DNA of 64,000 bases, from the NCBI GenBank assembly GCA_947169405.1, contig CAMVPS010000003.1, positions 23,064 to 87,063 on the forward strand, read 5' to 3'. This document shows positions 49,541-61,241 of this stretch, piece after piece. Origin of the DNA: an uncultured Bacteroidales bacterium (GTDB lineage Bacteria > Bacteroidota > Bacteroidia > Bacteroidales > UBA932). The position numbers and the translations under genes are program-made. Under the pieces are notes generated by a model. The model was not told the origin of the DNA. It did no database searches and saw only the letters and a list, made by a program, of their open reading frames with translations. Every line of letters starts with the position of its first letter. Position 1 is the first letter of the stretch.

Positions 49541-51700
49541 ATGGCAAATAACGAAAACTCTTTTCTGCAGCGGTTCGCAGTGAACCTCAACGAACGCGCC
49601 TCCCAGGGCAAGCTCGACCCGGTCATCGGCCGGGACGACGAGATCCGCCGGGTGCTCCAGATACTGTCCAGACGAACCAAGAACAACCCCATCCTGGTGG
49701 GAGAACCGGGCGTGGGCAAGACGGCGATCTCCGAAGGGATCGCCCAGAACATCGTGTCCGGCCACGTGCCGGAGAACCTGAAGTCCAAGCAGGTGTACTC
49801 CCTGGACATGGGCGCCCTCATCGCGGGCGCGAAATACCAGGGTGAATTCGAAGAGCGGTTGAAGGGCGTCGTGAAGGAGGTCGTGGACTCCGCCGGCGAG
49901 ATCATCCTGTTCATCGACGAGATCCATACGCTCGTGGGCGCGGGACGCACCTCCGGCGCGATGGACGCGTCCAACATCCTGAAGCCGGCCCTGGCCCGCG
50001 GCGAGCTCCGCACCATCGGCTCCACCACGCTGGACGAATACCAGAAGTACTTCGAGACCGACAAGGCATTGGAGCGGCGGTTCCAGATGGTGATGGTCGA
50101 CGAACCTTCCCCCGCGGAATCCATCGCGATCCTGCGTGGCCTGAAGGAGCGCTACGAGAACCACCACAAGGTGCGCATCGAGGACGACGCGCTCATCGCG
50201 GCCGTGAACCTCTCGCACCGGTACATCACCTCCCGGTTCCTGCCGGACAAGGCCATCGACCTGGTCGATGAGGCCGCGTCCAAGCTGCGGCTGGAGATGA
50301 ACTCCGTGCCGGAGCCCATCGACGACCTGAACAGCGCCATCCGCCAGAAGGAAATCGAGAAGGAGGCCATCAAGCGCGAGGGCGTGTCTCTGAAGATGGA
50401 GAAGCTGGACGCCGAACTCAAGGAGCTGAACGCGAAGCGGGACGTGCTGATGAAGCGGTGGAACGAGGAAAAGGACATCCTCGCCAGTCTGCAGACGGCC
50501 CGCCAGGAGATGGAGAACTACAAGATCCAGGCGGCGAGCGCGGAACGCGCGGGCGACTATGGAAAGGTCGCGGAGCTGCGCTACGGCAAGATGGTCGCGA
50601 CGCAGAAGACCATCGACGAGCTCACCGCGAAGGCCGCGGCCATCAAGGAGCCCATCGTCACCGAGGCGGTCACGCCCGAGGACATCGCCGAGGTCGTCGC
50701 GAAGTGGACGGGCATCCCCGTGAAGCGGATGCTCGAGAGCGAGAAGGAGAAGCTCTTGCGGATGGAGGCCGAGCTGCACAAGCGGGTCGTCGGCCAGGAC
50801 CGGGCCATCCAGGCCGTGTCCGACGCCGTCCGCCGCAACCGCGCGGGCCTCTCGAACGAGAAGCGGCCCATCGGCTCGTTCCTGTTCATGGGCACGACCG
50901 GCGTCGGCAAGACCGAGCTGGCGAAGGCCCTGGCGGAGTTCCTGTTCAACGACGAGAACATGATCACCCGGATCGATATGTCCGAGTACCAGGAGCGGCA
51001 TACCGTGTCCCGGCTCGTGGGCGCGCCTCCGGGATACGTGGGCTACGACGAGGGCGGCCAGCTCACCGAGGCCGTGCGGCGGAAACCGTACTCGGTGGTC
51101 CTGCTGGACGAGATCGAGAAGGCCCATCCGGACGTGTTCAACGTCCTCCTGCAGGTGCTGGACGACGGCCGGCTCACCGACAACAAGGGTCGCACCGTGG
51201 ACTTCAAGAACACCATCCTCATCATGACCTCCAACGCCGGCTCGGACATCATCCAGAGCTATATGGAGCGCCTGCCGGAGGTGGACGGGGTCGATGCCCA
51301 GGCCATCGCGCAGCGCCGGTCCCTGCTGGACGAGTGCGGCGGCAAGGTGCTGGACGTCCTCAAGCAGACGGTCCGGCCGGAGTTCCTGAACCGGATCGAC
51401 GAGATCATCATGTTCGACCCGCTGTCCAAGGCCGACATCCGCGACATCCTGCACATCCAGATGGACGACCTGCGCCACAAGCTTTCCGAGAACGGCATCA
51501 CGGTGGTCTTCACCCCGGCCTTCGAGGACTACATGGTCGAGCACGGCTACGAGCCGTCCTACGGCGCCCGTCCGATCAAGCGGCTGATGCAGCGCGAGCT
51601 GGTGAACCTCCTGGCGAAGGCCATCCTGGACGGCACCGTCCACCGCGACAGCGCCATCACCGTCGACTCCGCCGGCGGCCAGATTCTCCTGCGGAACTAA
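49541..51700 (+). CDS. clpB: ClpB disaggregase lacking the N-terminal Clp-repeat domain
   Basis: [33 protein letters not shown], coiled M-domain with [22 protein letters not shown]; AAGGAG upstream of the ATG at 49541. Confidence 0.92.
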   Translation: MANNENSFLQRFAVNLNERASQGKLDPVIGRDDEIRRVLQILSRRTKNNPILVGEPGVGKTAISEGIAQNIVSGHVPENLKSKQVYSLDMGALIAGAKYQGEFEERLKGVVKEVVDSAGEIILFIDEIHTLVGAGRTSGAMDASNILKPALARGELRTIGSTTLDEYQKYFETDKALERRFQMVMVDEPSPAESIAILRGLKERYENHHKVRIEDDALIAAVNLSHRYITSRFLPDKAIDLVDEAASKLRLEMNSVPEPIDDLNSAIRQKEIEKEAIKREGVSLKMEKLDAELKELNAKRDVLMKRWNEEKDILASLQTARQEMENYKIQAASAERAGDYGKVAELRYGKMVATQKTIDELTAKAAAIKEPIVTEAVTPEDIAEVVAKWTGIPVKRMLESEKEKLLRMEAELHKRVVGQDRAIQAVSDAVRRNRAGLSNEKRPIGSFLFMGTTGVGKTELAKALAEFLFNDENMITRIDMSEYQERHTVSRLVGAPPGYVGYDEGGQLTEAVRRKPYSVVLLDEIEKAHPDVFNVLLQVLDDGRLTDNKGRTVDFKNTILIMTSNAGSDIIQSYMERLPEVDGVDAQAIAQRRSLLDECGGKVLDVLKQTVRPEFLNRIDEIIMFDPLSKADIRDILHIQMDDLRHKLSENGITVVFTPAFEDYMVEHGYEPSYGARPIKRLMQRELVNLLAKAILDGTVHRDSAITVDSAGGQILLRN

Positions 51701-51702
51701 AG

Positions 51703-51732
51703 AAAAATGCCCGGTTTCGACCGGGCATTTTT
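51703..51732. terminator. Bidirectional terminator between clpB and fabG
   Basis: aaaaatgcccggt-ttcg-accgggcattttt. Confidence 0.85.
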
Positions 51733-51759
51733 GTCATTTCGAGCGAAGTCGAGAAATCT
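51730..51759. repeat. REP-like element tttGTCATTTCGAGCGAAGTCGAGAAATCT
   Basis: Identical 30-mer at 59391-59420. Confidence 0.85.
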
Positions 51760-51761
51760 AC

Positions 51762-52508
51762 CTAACAGTAGAGACCGCCGTTGACGGCGATGACCTGGCC
51801 CGTCACATAGGAAGAGAGGTCGGACGCCAGGTAGAGGGCGGTGTTGGCGATTTCGTCGACGGTGCCGCCGCGCTTGAGCGGAATGCTTTTGATGTATTCC
51901 TCGCGGACGGCCTCCGGGAGGGCGTTGGTCATCTCGGACACGATGAAGCCCGGGGCGATGGCGTTGGCCCGGATGCCGCGGGAGCCCATTTCCTTGGCGA
52001 CGGACTTGGCCATGGCGATGAGGCCGGCCTTGGAGGAGGCGTAGTTGACCTGGCCGGGATTGCCCATCTGGCCCGCGATGGAGGCCATGTTGATGATGGA
52101 GCCGCCCTTCTGGCGGGCCATCGACGGAATCACGGCGTGGATGAAGTTGAAGGCGCTCTTGAGGTTCACGGCGATGACCGCGTCCCACTGCGCCTCGCTC
52201 ATCCTCAGGACGAGGCCGTCTTTGGTGATGCCGGCGTTGTTGACCAGGATGTCGATGTGCCCGAACTCCTTGAGGATCTCCTCGACGACGGCGTGCGTCT
52301 CGTCGAAGTTGGCGGCGTTCGAAGCGTAACCCTTGACTTTGTGCCCGAAGGCGGAGATTTCAGCGATGGTTTCCTCGGCCGCTTCGTTGATGGCGAGGTC
52401 CGTGAAGGCGACGTCGGCGCCTTCGGCGGCGAATTTCAGTGCGATGGCCTTGCCGATACCGCGCGCGGCGCCGGTCACGAGGGCCACCTTTCCGTCTAAC
52501 ATACCCAT
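51762..52508 (-). CDS. fabG: 3-oxoacyl-ACP reductase
   Basis: TGAARGIG, NNAGITKD, NYASSKAG (YxxxK), IAPGFI. Confidence 0.92.
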   Translation of the reverse strand: MGMLDGKVALVTGAARGIGKAIALKFAAEGADVAFTDLAINEAAEETIAEISAFGHKVKGYASNAANFDETHAVVEEILKEFGHIDILVNNAGITKDGLVLRMSEAQWDAVIAVNLKSAFNFIHAVIPSMARQKGGSIINMASIAGQMGNPGQVNYASSKAGLIAMAKSVAKEMGSRGIRANAIAPGFIVSEMTNALPEAVREEYIKSIPLKRGGTVDEIANTALYLASDLSSYVTGQVIAVNGGLYC

Positions 52509-52535
52509 AAGTTCAGCGTTTTAGTAAATGGACTG

Positions 52536-52572
52536 CAAAGATAGGAAAATACTCCGGAATTCGGTAACTTTG
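52536..52572. promoter_or_regulatory. Back-to-back Bacteroidetes -7 elements (fabG / ahcY)
   Basis: TATCTTTG on the minus strand (52536-52543); TAACTTTG on the plus strand (52565-52572). Confidence 0.6.
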
Positions 52573-52593
52573 CAGCCTTGAAACAAAACGCTT

Positions 52594-53835
52594 ATGTCCA
52601 GTCACATCCGAGACATCAACCTTTGGGAGAGCGGTGCGCAGAAGATCGTCTGGGTCCGCAACCATATGCCGCTGCTTGACAGCATCGAGCAGGAATTTCT
52701 GAAAACCAAGCCTTTCATCGGTCTCAAGATCGCGCTGAGCGTCCATATGGAGGCGAAGACGGCGCGCCTGTGCCTGTGCCTCGCCGCCGGCGGCGCCGAA
52801 ATGTACGCCACGGGCTGCAACCCGTTGTCCACCCAGGACGACGTGGCGGCCGCCCTGGTCCATGCCGGGCTGAACGTGTTCGCCATCCACGGCGCCACGA
52901 TGGAAGAGTACGAGGCGGACCTCCGCCGCGTGCTGGAAGTAGGCCCGAACATCATCATCGACGATGGCGGCGACCTGGTGACGCTGATGCACAAGGAGTT
53001 CCCGCACCTGATCCCGAACGTAATCGGCGGCTGTGAAGAGACGACCACCGGCATCCTGCGCCTCAAGGCGATGGACCGCGCCGGCACCTTGAAGTTCCCG
53101 ATGATGCTCGTGAACGACGCGGACTGCAAGCATCTGTTCGACAACCGCTACGGCACCGGCCAGAGCGTGTGGAACGGCATCAACCGCACCACGAACCTCA
53201 TCGTGGCCGGGAAGGATGTCGTGGTCGCGGGCTACGGCCTTTGCGGCAAGGGCATCGCGATGCGGGCCAAGGGACTCGGCGCCCGCGTCATCGTCACGGA
53301 AGTGGATCCGGTCAAGGCCCTCGAAGCCTCGATGGACGGCTTCCGCGTGATGCAGATGTTCGATGCCGCCCCGATTGGCGACCTCTTCATCACCGCGACC
53401 GGCTGCAAGGACGTGATCACCGCTCGCGAACTGGAGAGGATGAAGGACGGCGCCATCTGCTGCAATGCCGGCCATTTCGACGTGGAAGTGGACGTGGCGT
53501 GGCTGCGCGCGAACGCCTTCCGGCGGAGCGAAGCCAGGCAGAACATCGAGGCCTTCACCTTTGAGAGCGGCCGTACGATCTACGTTCTGGGCGAGGGCCG
53601 GCTCGTGAACCTCGCCGCCGGCGACGGCCACCCGGCCGAAATCATGGACATGTCCTTCGCCATCCAGGCGCTCAGCGCCCGCTGGCTCCTGGAGCACCGC
53701 GACTCCCTGCCGGCCCTCCTGAACAATGTCCCGGCCGAAATCGACCGCGAAGTCGCCTTCCGCAAGCTCGAATCCGAACGCATCACCATCGATACCCTCA
53801 CCCCCGAGCAGCACCGGTACATCTACGGGGAGTAA
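52594..53835 (+). CDS. ahcY: Adenosylhomocysteinase (SAH hydrolase)
   Basis: CNPLSTQD, DDGGD, EETTTG, FDNRYGTGQS, GYGLCGKG, NAGHFD, GRLVNL, GHPAEIMD. Confidence 0.95.
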   Translation: MSSHIRDINLWESGAQKIVWVRNHMPLLDSIEQEFLKTKPFIGLKIALSVHMEAKTARLCLCLAAGGAEMYATGCNPLSTQDDVAAALVHAGLNVFAIHGATMEEYEADLRRVLEVGPNIIIDDGGDLVTLMHKEFPHLIPNVIGGCEETTTGILRLKAMDRAGTLKFPMMLVNDADCKHLFDNRYGTGQSVWNGINRTTNLIVAGKDVVVAGYGLCGKGIAMRAKGLGARVIVTEVDPVKALEASMDGFRVMQMFDAAPIGDLFITATGCKDVITARELERMKDGAICCNAGHFDVEVDVAWLRANAFRRSEARQNIEAFTFESGRTIYVLGEGRLVNLAAGDGHPAEIMDMSFAIQALSARWLLEHRDSLPALLNNVPAEIDREVAFRKLESERITIDTLTPEQHRYIYGE

Positions 53836-53995
53836 GAAACACATAAAATACATACTGAAACAACACGAGTTATCCACAACCCGTGTTGTTTTTTGTTTGT
53901 CTGGCCTAACTTTGGGACCCCACCCCGGGTGGGGGTGTGCGCCTCGCCTTCGCTCGGGAGCTGTGACCACGCCCTCGGGCGAGGGGGTGGGTTGA

Positions 53996-54097
53996 AGCAC
54001 GTGCCGGGGCACGAATAGTGCCCCAAGCGTTCCCACAGCCGTGCTGGAGCACGTGTGGCGGCACGAAAACGCACAAATACGTCCCCTCAGCCGTGCC
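53996..54097 (+). repeat. Doublet of the 50-bp hairpin repeat (53996-54045, 54048-54097)
   Basis: AGCACG-N4-GGGGCACG-N14-CGTTCCC.CAGCCGTGCT units joined by GG. Confidence 0.9.
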
Positions 54098-54145
54098 GGT
54101 AAAAGGTCGGGAGGGCGCGTTCAGTAAAATGAAAAACATGGAACG

Positions 54146-55129
54146 ATGCGGATGATTGATTATGTAATCGCCCTCGGCGATCTGATGATGCCGCGGGCGT
54201 GCCTGGCCTGCGGACGCAGGCTGGGCATGCGCGAGCGGCATCTGTGCCTCTCGTGCGCAGCGGACGTGCCCTATACGCGCTTCTGGCTCGCGGCGCACAA
54301 CCCGCTCGCGGACCGCTTCAACGCGGTCCTGGAGCGCCACCGCGGGACCGAGCCGATGGACTATGCCTATGCGGCCGCCCTGCTCTATTACAAGGGCGCC
54401 TACCGCTCCATCCCGCGCGCGTTGAAGTACCAGGGCGACCTGGCGGCCGGGCGGCACTACGGCGCCCTCCTGGGCCGCCGCCTCGCCGCCGCCCCGCACT
54501 TCGCAGACATCGACCTGGTCATCCCCGTCCCCCTCCACTGGACCCGCCTCCGCGCCCGCGGCTACAACCAGGCCGAAATCCTTGCCCGCGCCCTGGTCGA
54601 CGCCTTCCGCTCCGCGCCCGCCGCCGTTTCGTCGGACACCCCTTCCACCGTTCCATCGGGCACATCTGCCGCCGTCATTCCGGGCTTGACCCGGAATCTC
54701 CCCGAGGTCCGGACGGATCTCCTCGTCCGAGCCCGCCGCACTCGCACCCAGACTCGCGTCTCCGTGGACCAGAAAGCCCAGAACGTGGCCTCCGCCTTCC
54801 AAGTCCCCGACCGCTTTTCCCTGTGGGCGAGAGTCATCAGCCGATTGTCCCACATATTCTCCTTCGATTCCGCCAGATGGCCGAACAAGGTCGGCCCTGA
54901 CGGCGACGATTCCTCCGGGCGGGTCCTGAGCTTGGCGAGGGACGCGCCAGAGTCGCCGGCGGAGGTCCTCGCATCGGCCCGCCATATCCTCCTCGTGGAC
55001 GATACGTTCACGACCGGAGCCACGTTGTACGCCTGCTACGCCGCCCTGCGCCCCTTCACGACCGCCCGCATCTCCATCGCCACCCTCGCCGCCGTGGAAG
55101 GCTCCCCTTCGGGAATCGGCGGCCCGTAA
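54146..55129 (+). CDS. comF: ComF family protein (double Zn ribbon plus PRTase) with two repeat-derived in-frame insertions
   Basis: CLACG...CLSC, LKY, PVPLH..R.RARGYNQA, LLVDDTFTTGAT. Confidence 0.88.
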   Translation: MRMIDYVIALGDLMMPRACLACGRRLGMRERHLCLSCAADVPYTRFWLAAHNPLADRFNAVLERHRGTEPMDYAYAAALLYYKGAYRSIPRALKYQGDLAAGRHYGALLGRRLAAAPHFADIDLVIPVPLHWTRLRARGYNQAEILARALVDAFRSAPAAVSSDTPSTVPSGTSAAVIPGLTRNLPEVRTDLLVRARRTRTQTRVSVDQKAQNVASAFQVPDRFSLWARVISRLSHIFSFDSARWPNKVGPDGDDSSGRVLSLARDAPESPAEVLASARHILLVDDTFTTGATLYACYAALRPFTTARISIATLAAVEGSPSGIGGP

Positions 55130-55158
55130 TCCTCGGTAAGTGGTGACGCGAGACCCCA

Positions 55159-55260
55159 AGCACGTGGTGGGGCACGTAAAAGCCCAGAAACGTTCCCTCA
55201 GCCGTGCTGGAGTACGCGAGAGGGCACGCTAACCTACGAAAACGTTCCCCCAGCCGTGCT
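55159..55260 (+). repeat. Doublet of the 50-bp hairpin repeat, upstream flank of the RAYT-like gene
   Basis: Units 55159-55208 and 55211-55260. Confidence 0.9.
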
Positions 55261-55320
55261 GTGACGAACTTTGACAAGAGAACCATCCCTGCGAGGAGCC
55301 GGGAAAAGAAATAGATCGAA

Positions 55321-56232
55321 ATGGATAAAAGACAGAAAAGAAGAGCCGAGTACAAATCCTGGAAGAGGGGTTATTATCATCTATGTACGGATGGAAAGAA
55401 GGGGACTATCTGCCACGACGAAGCGGAATATGTGTATTTGGTCAACACGATATCCCTGCTGGATCTGCTGTTTCCCGTGAAAGTGCACTTCTACGAGGTG
55501 ATGCGAAGTCACGTCCACCTGCTCCTTTCAGGGCGGGGGGAGCATTGCGTGGCAGTATTCGACTATGTGAGGAGCCGAATCAACAAGCGGCTGGTAGCAG
55601 ATGGACACCCCCCGCTTCCCAAGGATTATGATTTCAAATTGATTCCTGTCGTGGATGAGGATCAGATGCGAAACAATGGCATTTATATCGCGCGGAACGC
55701 TTCCGAAGTATTGAACATCCGCCCGGGCGGATACTTGTTCGGTTCGTCCATGGCATTCTATTCCGATCTTCCCCGCCTGTTCGAGACGGTCCGGGCGGGC
55801 GACTTGTCCGTGCGGACGTTGAGAAAGATGTTTCAGACGCACGTGTCCATCCCTCCCGACCGCTTGATTCACCCGGGATTGGGAATGGTATTGCCGCAAA
55901 GCTTCGTGGATATGGACGTTTTGTATAAGGTGTTTCCCGCGGCGAAGGAATTTGAGACCCGCCTCGTGAAGGATTACGAAGCGTTCGTAGAAATCGCCGA
56001 CGAGATGGGGGAGGAGATAACGTTTTCCGTGGAGGAGGCAAAAGACATCGTCAAGCAAGAGTTGATGATGGAGGGCCTAAAGCTGTCCGAACTCTCCAAC
56101 GACGACCGTTGTGCCTTGGCAGTGCGGCTGAACAAGAAATACAGGTTGGATGCCGTTACCTTGTCACAAGCCGTTTTCATCCCAGCTCGTATCATCTCCC
56201 AGGCACTCAAGTCGAAGAAGTATAAAGAGTGA
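55321..56232 (+). mobile_element. REP-associated tyrosine (HUH Y1) transposase-like protein with C-terminal helical extension
   Basis: YYHLCTDG, VMRSHVHLLL (HUH), YIARN (catalytic Tyr helix), YLFGSS; lower GC; flanked by hairpin doublets. Confidence 0.78.
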
Positions 56233-56333
56233 GCACGTGTCGGGACACGAAATAGCCCTGAAACGTTCCCTCAGCCGTGCTGGAGCACGCGAGAGGGAAC
56301 GCTAACCTACGAAAATGTTCCCCCAGCCGTGCT
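56232..56333 (+). repeat. Doublet of the 50-bp hairpin repeat, downstream flank of the RAYT-like gene
   Basis: Units 56232-56281 and 56284-56333; the first base overlaps the TGA stop. Confidence 0.9.
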
Positions 56334-56431
56334 GAACGGGTTGGGGGAACGGGAGGGGGTTGGATTCAGCGGGGCTTCCGGTCGGGGCGGGGAGGCAATC
56401 GGGCTGACGGGACCGCCTGGCCGGGAGGGCC

Positions 56432-58507
<2,076 letters not shown>

Positions 58508-58612
58508 AGTTCAGTTCATTTTCCGAAGGCAAAGGTACGGCGCCCCGCGTGCAACCGGGTTGCAATATTCGCGGGGAATGGCTAACTTGCAGTGCTTAAA
58601 CTGAAAAACAAA

Positions 58613-59308
58613 ATGCGAAAAAACGCCATTTGGTGCATTCCGTGCGCCTTTTTCCTGGTCGCGTGCATCCTGAATCTCCTCGGATGCATCCTGGGAACGA
58701 ACCTGGACGATGCGGTGAAACCGGCCCTCCTGCCGCTGCTCTCCGCCACGACGCTCGCCTACCTGCTGGGTCGGGACGTGCCCGACTTCCGGCCGGTCGG
58801 CCTCCTCGTCGCGGCGCAGCTCTTCGGCTGCGCGGGCGACGTCCTGCTGATGCCGGACGGCTTCTGGCTCTTCGTGGGAGGCATCGCGGCCTTCCTCGTC
58901 GGCCATCTTTTCTATATCACCCTCTTCGGCGGTCAGTCCTGGAAAGGCCTGACGCTGTGGCAGTGGGTCATCTCCCTCGTGATCATGCTGGCCATCGTGC
59001 TGGGCCTGGTGAAGGCCATCGGCATTTCCGGAGAGATGTTCTGGCCGATGACGGTCTATGGCTGCGTGCTGATGCTGCTGATATTCAGCGCCTTCGCGGG
59101 CGTGCTCCGCATGCCCCGCGGCCACCGCGCGACCTGGTGGATCCTCCTCGCGGGCGCCCTCCTTTTCACCTTCTCCGATTCCTGCATCGCGATGAGCACC
59201 TTTGGCGTGATGACATTCCCCCTCCGCCATTTCCTCGTGATGAGCACCTACCTGGCCGCGCAGTCCTTGCTGGCGGTCGGGGGAGTGCGTCTGATTCTGG
59301 GGAGATAG
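58613..59308 (+). CDS. YhhN/lysoplasmalogenase family membrane protein
   Basis: VKPALLP, GDVLL, AFLVGHLFY, LFTFSDS, STYLAAQ. Confidence 0.88.
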   Translation: MRKNAIWCIPCAFFLVACILNLLGCILGTNLDDAVKPALLPLLSATTLAYLLGRDVPDFRPVGLLVAAQLFGCAGDVLLMPDGFWLFVGGIAAFLVGHLFYITLFGGQSWKGLTLWQWVISLVIMLAIVLGLVKAIGISGEMFWPMTVYGCVLMLLIFSAFAGVLRMPRGHRATWWILLAGALLFTFSDSCIAMSTFGVMTFPLRHFLVMSTYLAAQSLLAVGGVRLILGR

Positions 59309-59420
59309 ATTCTCACGTCGGTCTTCGACCTCCTCAGAATGACAGGAGCAATACGTTCCTTGACCTCCTCGGAATGACAAAAGTATATCCTTTGTCATTT
59401 CGAGCGAAGTCGAGAAATCT
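59306..59420. repeat. Composite REP-like cluster (two ...GAATGACA units plus GTCATTTCGAGCGAAGTCGAGAAATCT) between convergent genes
   Basis: gacctcctcagaatgaca and gacctcctcggaatgaca, then a 30-mer identical to 51730-51759. Confidence 0.75.
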
Positions 59421-59422
59421 GT

Positions 59423-59871
<449 letters not shown>

Positions 59872-59875
<4 letters not shown>

Positions 59876-60258
59876 AGGTGTTCGGTCAGTTTCGGCAGCA
59901 GGCCGTAGTCGGCCGGGAGCCAGTTGACGGAGAGCAGCTCGTCGGCGGAGAGCCAGCGCGCCGCTTCATGTTCATTCAGGTGCGGCGCCTCCCCGTCCAG
60001 CGCGCACAGGAAGCAGTGCATCGTGAGATGGAACTCGGGATAGTCCCATTCGACCGTGTCCAGGAGGTCGCCGACGACCAGGCTGCAGGAAAGTTCCTCG
60101 GAGATCTCCCGGCGCAGGGCGTCCTCCCGGCTCTCGCCGGGCTCCATCTTCCCGCCGGGGAACTCCCACCAGTCCTTCCAGGGGCCGTAGCCCCGCTGGG
60201 TGGCAAAGACGCGGCCCTCCTTGACGATGAGGGCCGCGACGACTTCGATCCGTTTCAA
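59872..60258 (-). CDS. mutT: MutT/NUDIX (d)NTP pyrophosphohydrolase
   Basis: [26 protein letters not shown] Nudix box; W.PAD; TTG start overlapping the dtd start region. Confidence 0.85.
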
Positions 60259-60262
60259 GGGA

Positions 60263-60877
60263 TTACAGTTCGATGACCAGGTCCTCGAGGGGCTTCCGCT
60301 GGTCGTGCAGTTCCGTGGGCTTGCCTTCGCCGGCGGCGGGATGGCCGATGGCGAGGAGCCCGTAAATGCCGTGCTCCCGGGTCTCGGGGAGGACTTCGCG
60401 GATCTTGCTCGGGTCGAAATCCCAGATCCACATATTCGCCAGGCCCACGTCCGTGGCCGTGAGCATCAGGTGCGTGAGGACGACGGCGGCGTCCGTCTTC
60501 GCGGCGTTGATGCCGTCGTACGGGCGCACCCAGGCTTCCTCGTTCCGGCAGCCGACGATGAGGACGACCGGCGCGCCGTAGCAGGGATGCACCTGGTGCA
60601 GCTTGGCGAGGGCCTCCTCGCTCTTGACCACCCAGATGCGGGCGGGCTGCTGGTTCGCGGCCGACGGCGCCATCCGGCCGGCGTCCAGGATCATCTGGAG
60701 CTTGGACTCGGAGACGGGATGGTGGGTGAAGGCGTGGCAGGAATAGCGGCTTTCCAGGATCTGCATGAACGCGTCGGAGCCGTACTTGTATTTCTTGATC
60801 TGGTGCTCCATGTCGGAGAACGCGGCGCGACGGGTGATCTTGGAAATGTCGTTGAGTTTTCGCAGAAGTTTGTTCAT
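60263..60877 (-). CDS. Nitroreductase family protein
   Basis: RYSCHAF, APSAANQQP, LTATDVGL, LAIGHP, RKPL. Confidence 0.88.
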   Translation of the reverse strand: MNKLLRKLNDISKITRRAAFSDMEHQIKKYKYGSDAFMQILESRYSCHAFTHHPVSESKLQMILDAGRMAPSAANQQPARIWVVKSEEALAKLHQVHPCYGAPVVLIVGCRNEEAWVRPYDGINAAKTDAAVVLTHLMLTATDVGLANMWIWDFDPSKIREVLPETREHGIYGLLAIGHPAAGEGKPTELHDQRKPLEDLVIEL

Positions 60878-60959
60878 CGGGTCACAGTTTTTCGTGTTGG
60901 GGACAAGATAATAAAAAAACGGGAAAAATATTGCTATCTTTATAGGAAACGGCGAAAAG

Positions 60960-61241
60960 ATGGTGGGATGGGCTAAAAAAGTTTGGCTTTTCTACCGGGA
61001 TGGTTTCGGCAACCAGACCTGGGGCCGCCCGCTCATCTGGCTCGTCGTGCTGAAGTTCTTCATCCTGTTCGCGATCCTCCGCGTCTTCTTCTTCCGGCCC
61101 GCCCTGGCCGGCAAGACCGACGCCGAGAAGAGCGAGACCGTGGGGGAGAACCTCACCCGCAACCGAAAGAACACTGAAACTTATAACCTGGCTGAAAAAC
61201 AATGGAAACTGTCCTCTGGTCCCGACTCCAGTTTGCCATGA
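60960..61241 (+). CDS. DUF4492 family small membrane protein (cyd operon leader)
   Basis: FYRDGF...WGRPLIW..VLKFFILFAILRVFFF; directly upstream of cydA. Confidence 0.8.
   Translation: MVGWAKKVWLFYRDGFGNQTWGRPLIWLVVLKFFILFAILRVFFFRPALAGKTDAEKSETVGENLTRNRKNTETYNLAEKQWKLSSGPDSSLP

Noticed and set aside
52509-52593. SAH/SAM riboswitch upstream of ahcY
   Set aside because: The gap is 85 bp and is filled by two divergent -7 elements, leaving about 20 nt of leader.
53870-53878. Replication origin
   Set aside because: A single DnaA box, with no cluster, unwinding element or origin-linked genes.
53996-56333. 50-bp units with variable loops as a CRISPR array
   Set aside because: Only doublets, the variable part is a 14-nt hairpin loop, units are dispersed, and no cas genes are in the window.
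56336-56395. G-run tract as a functional G-quadruplex
   Set aside because: G-runs are common at this GC content and there is no independent support.
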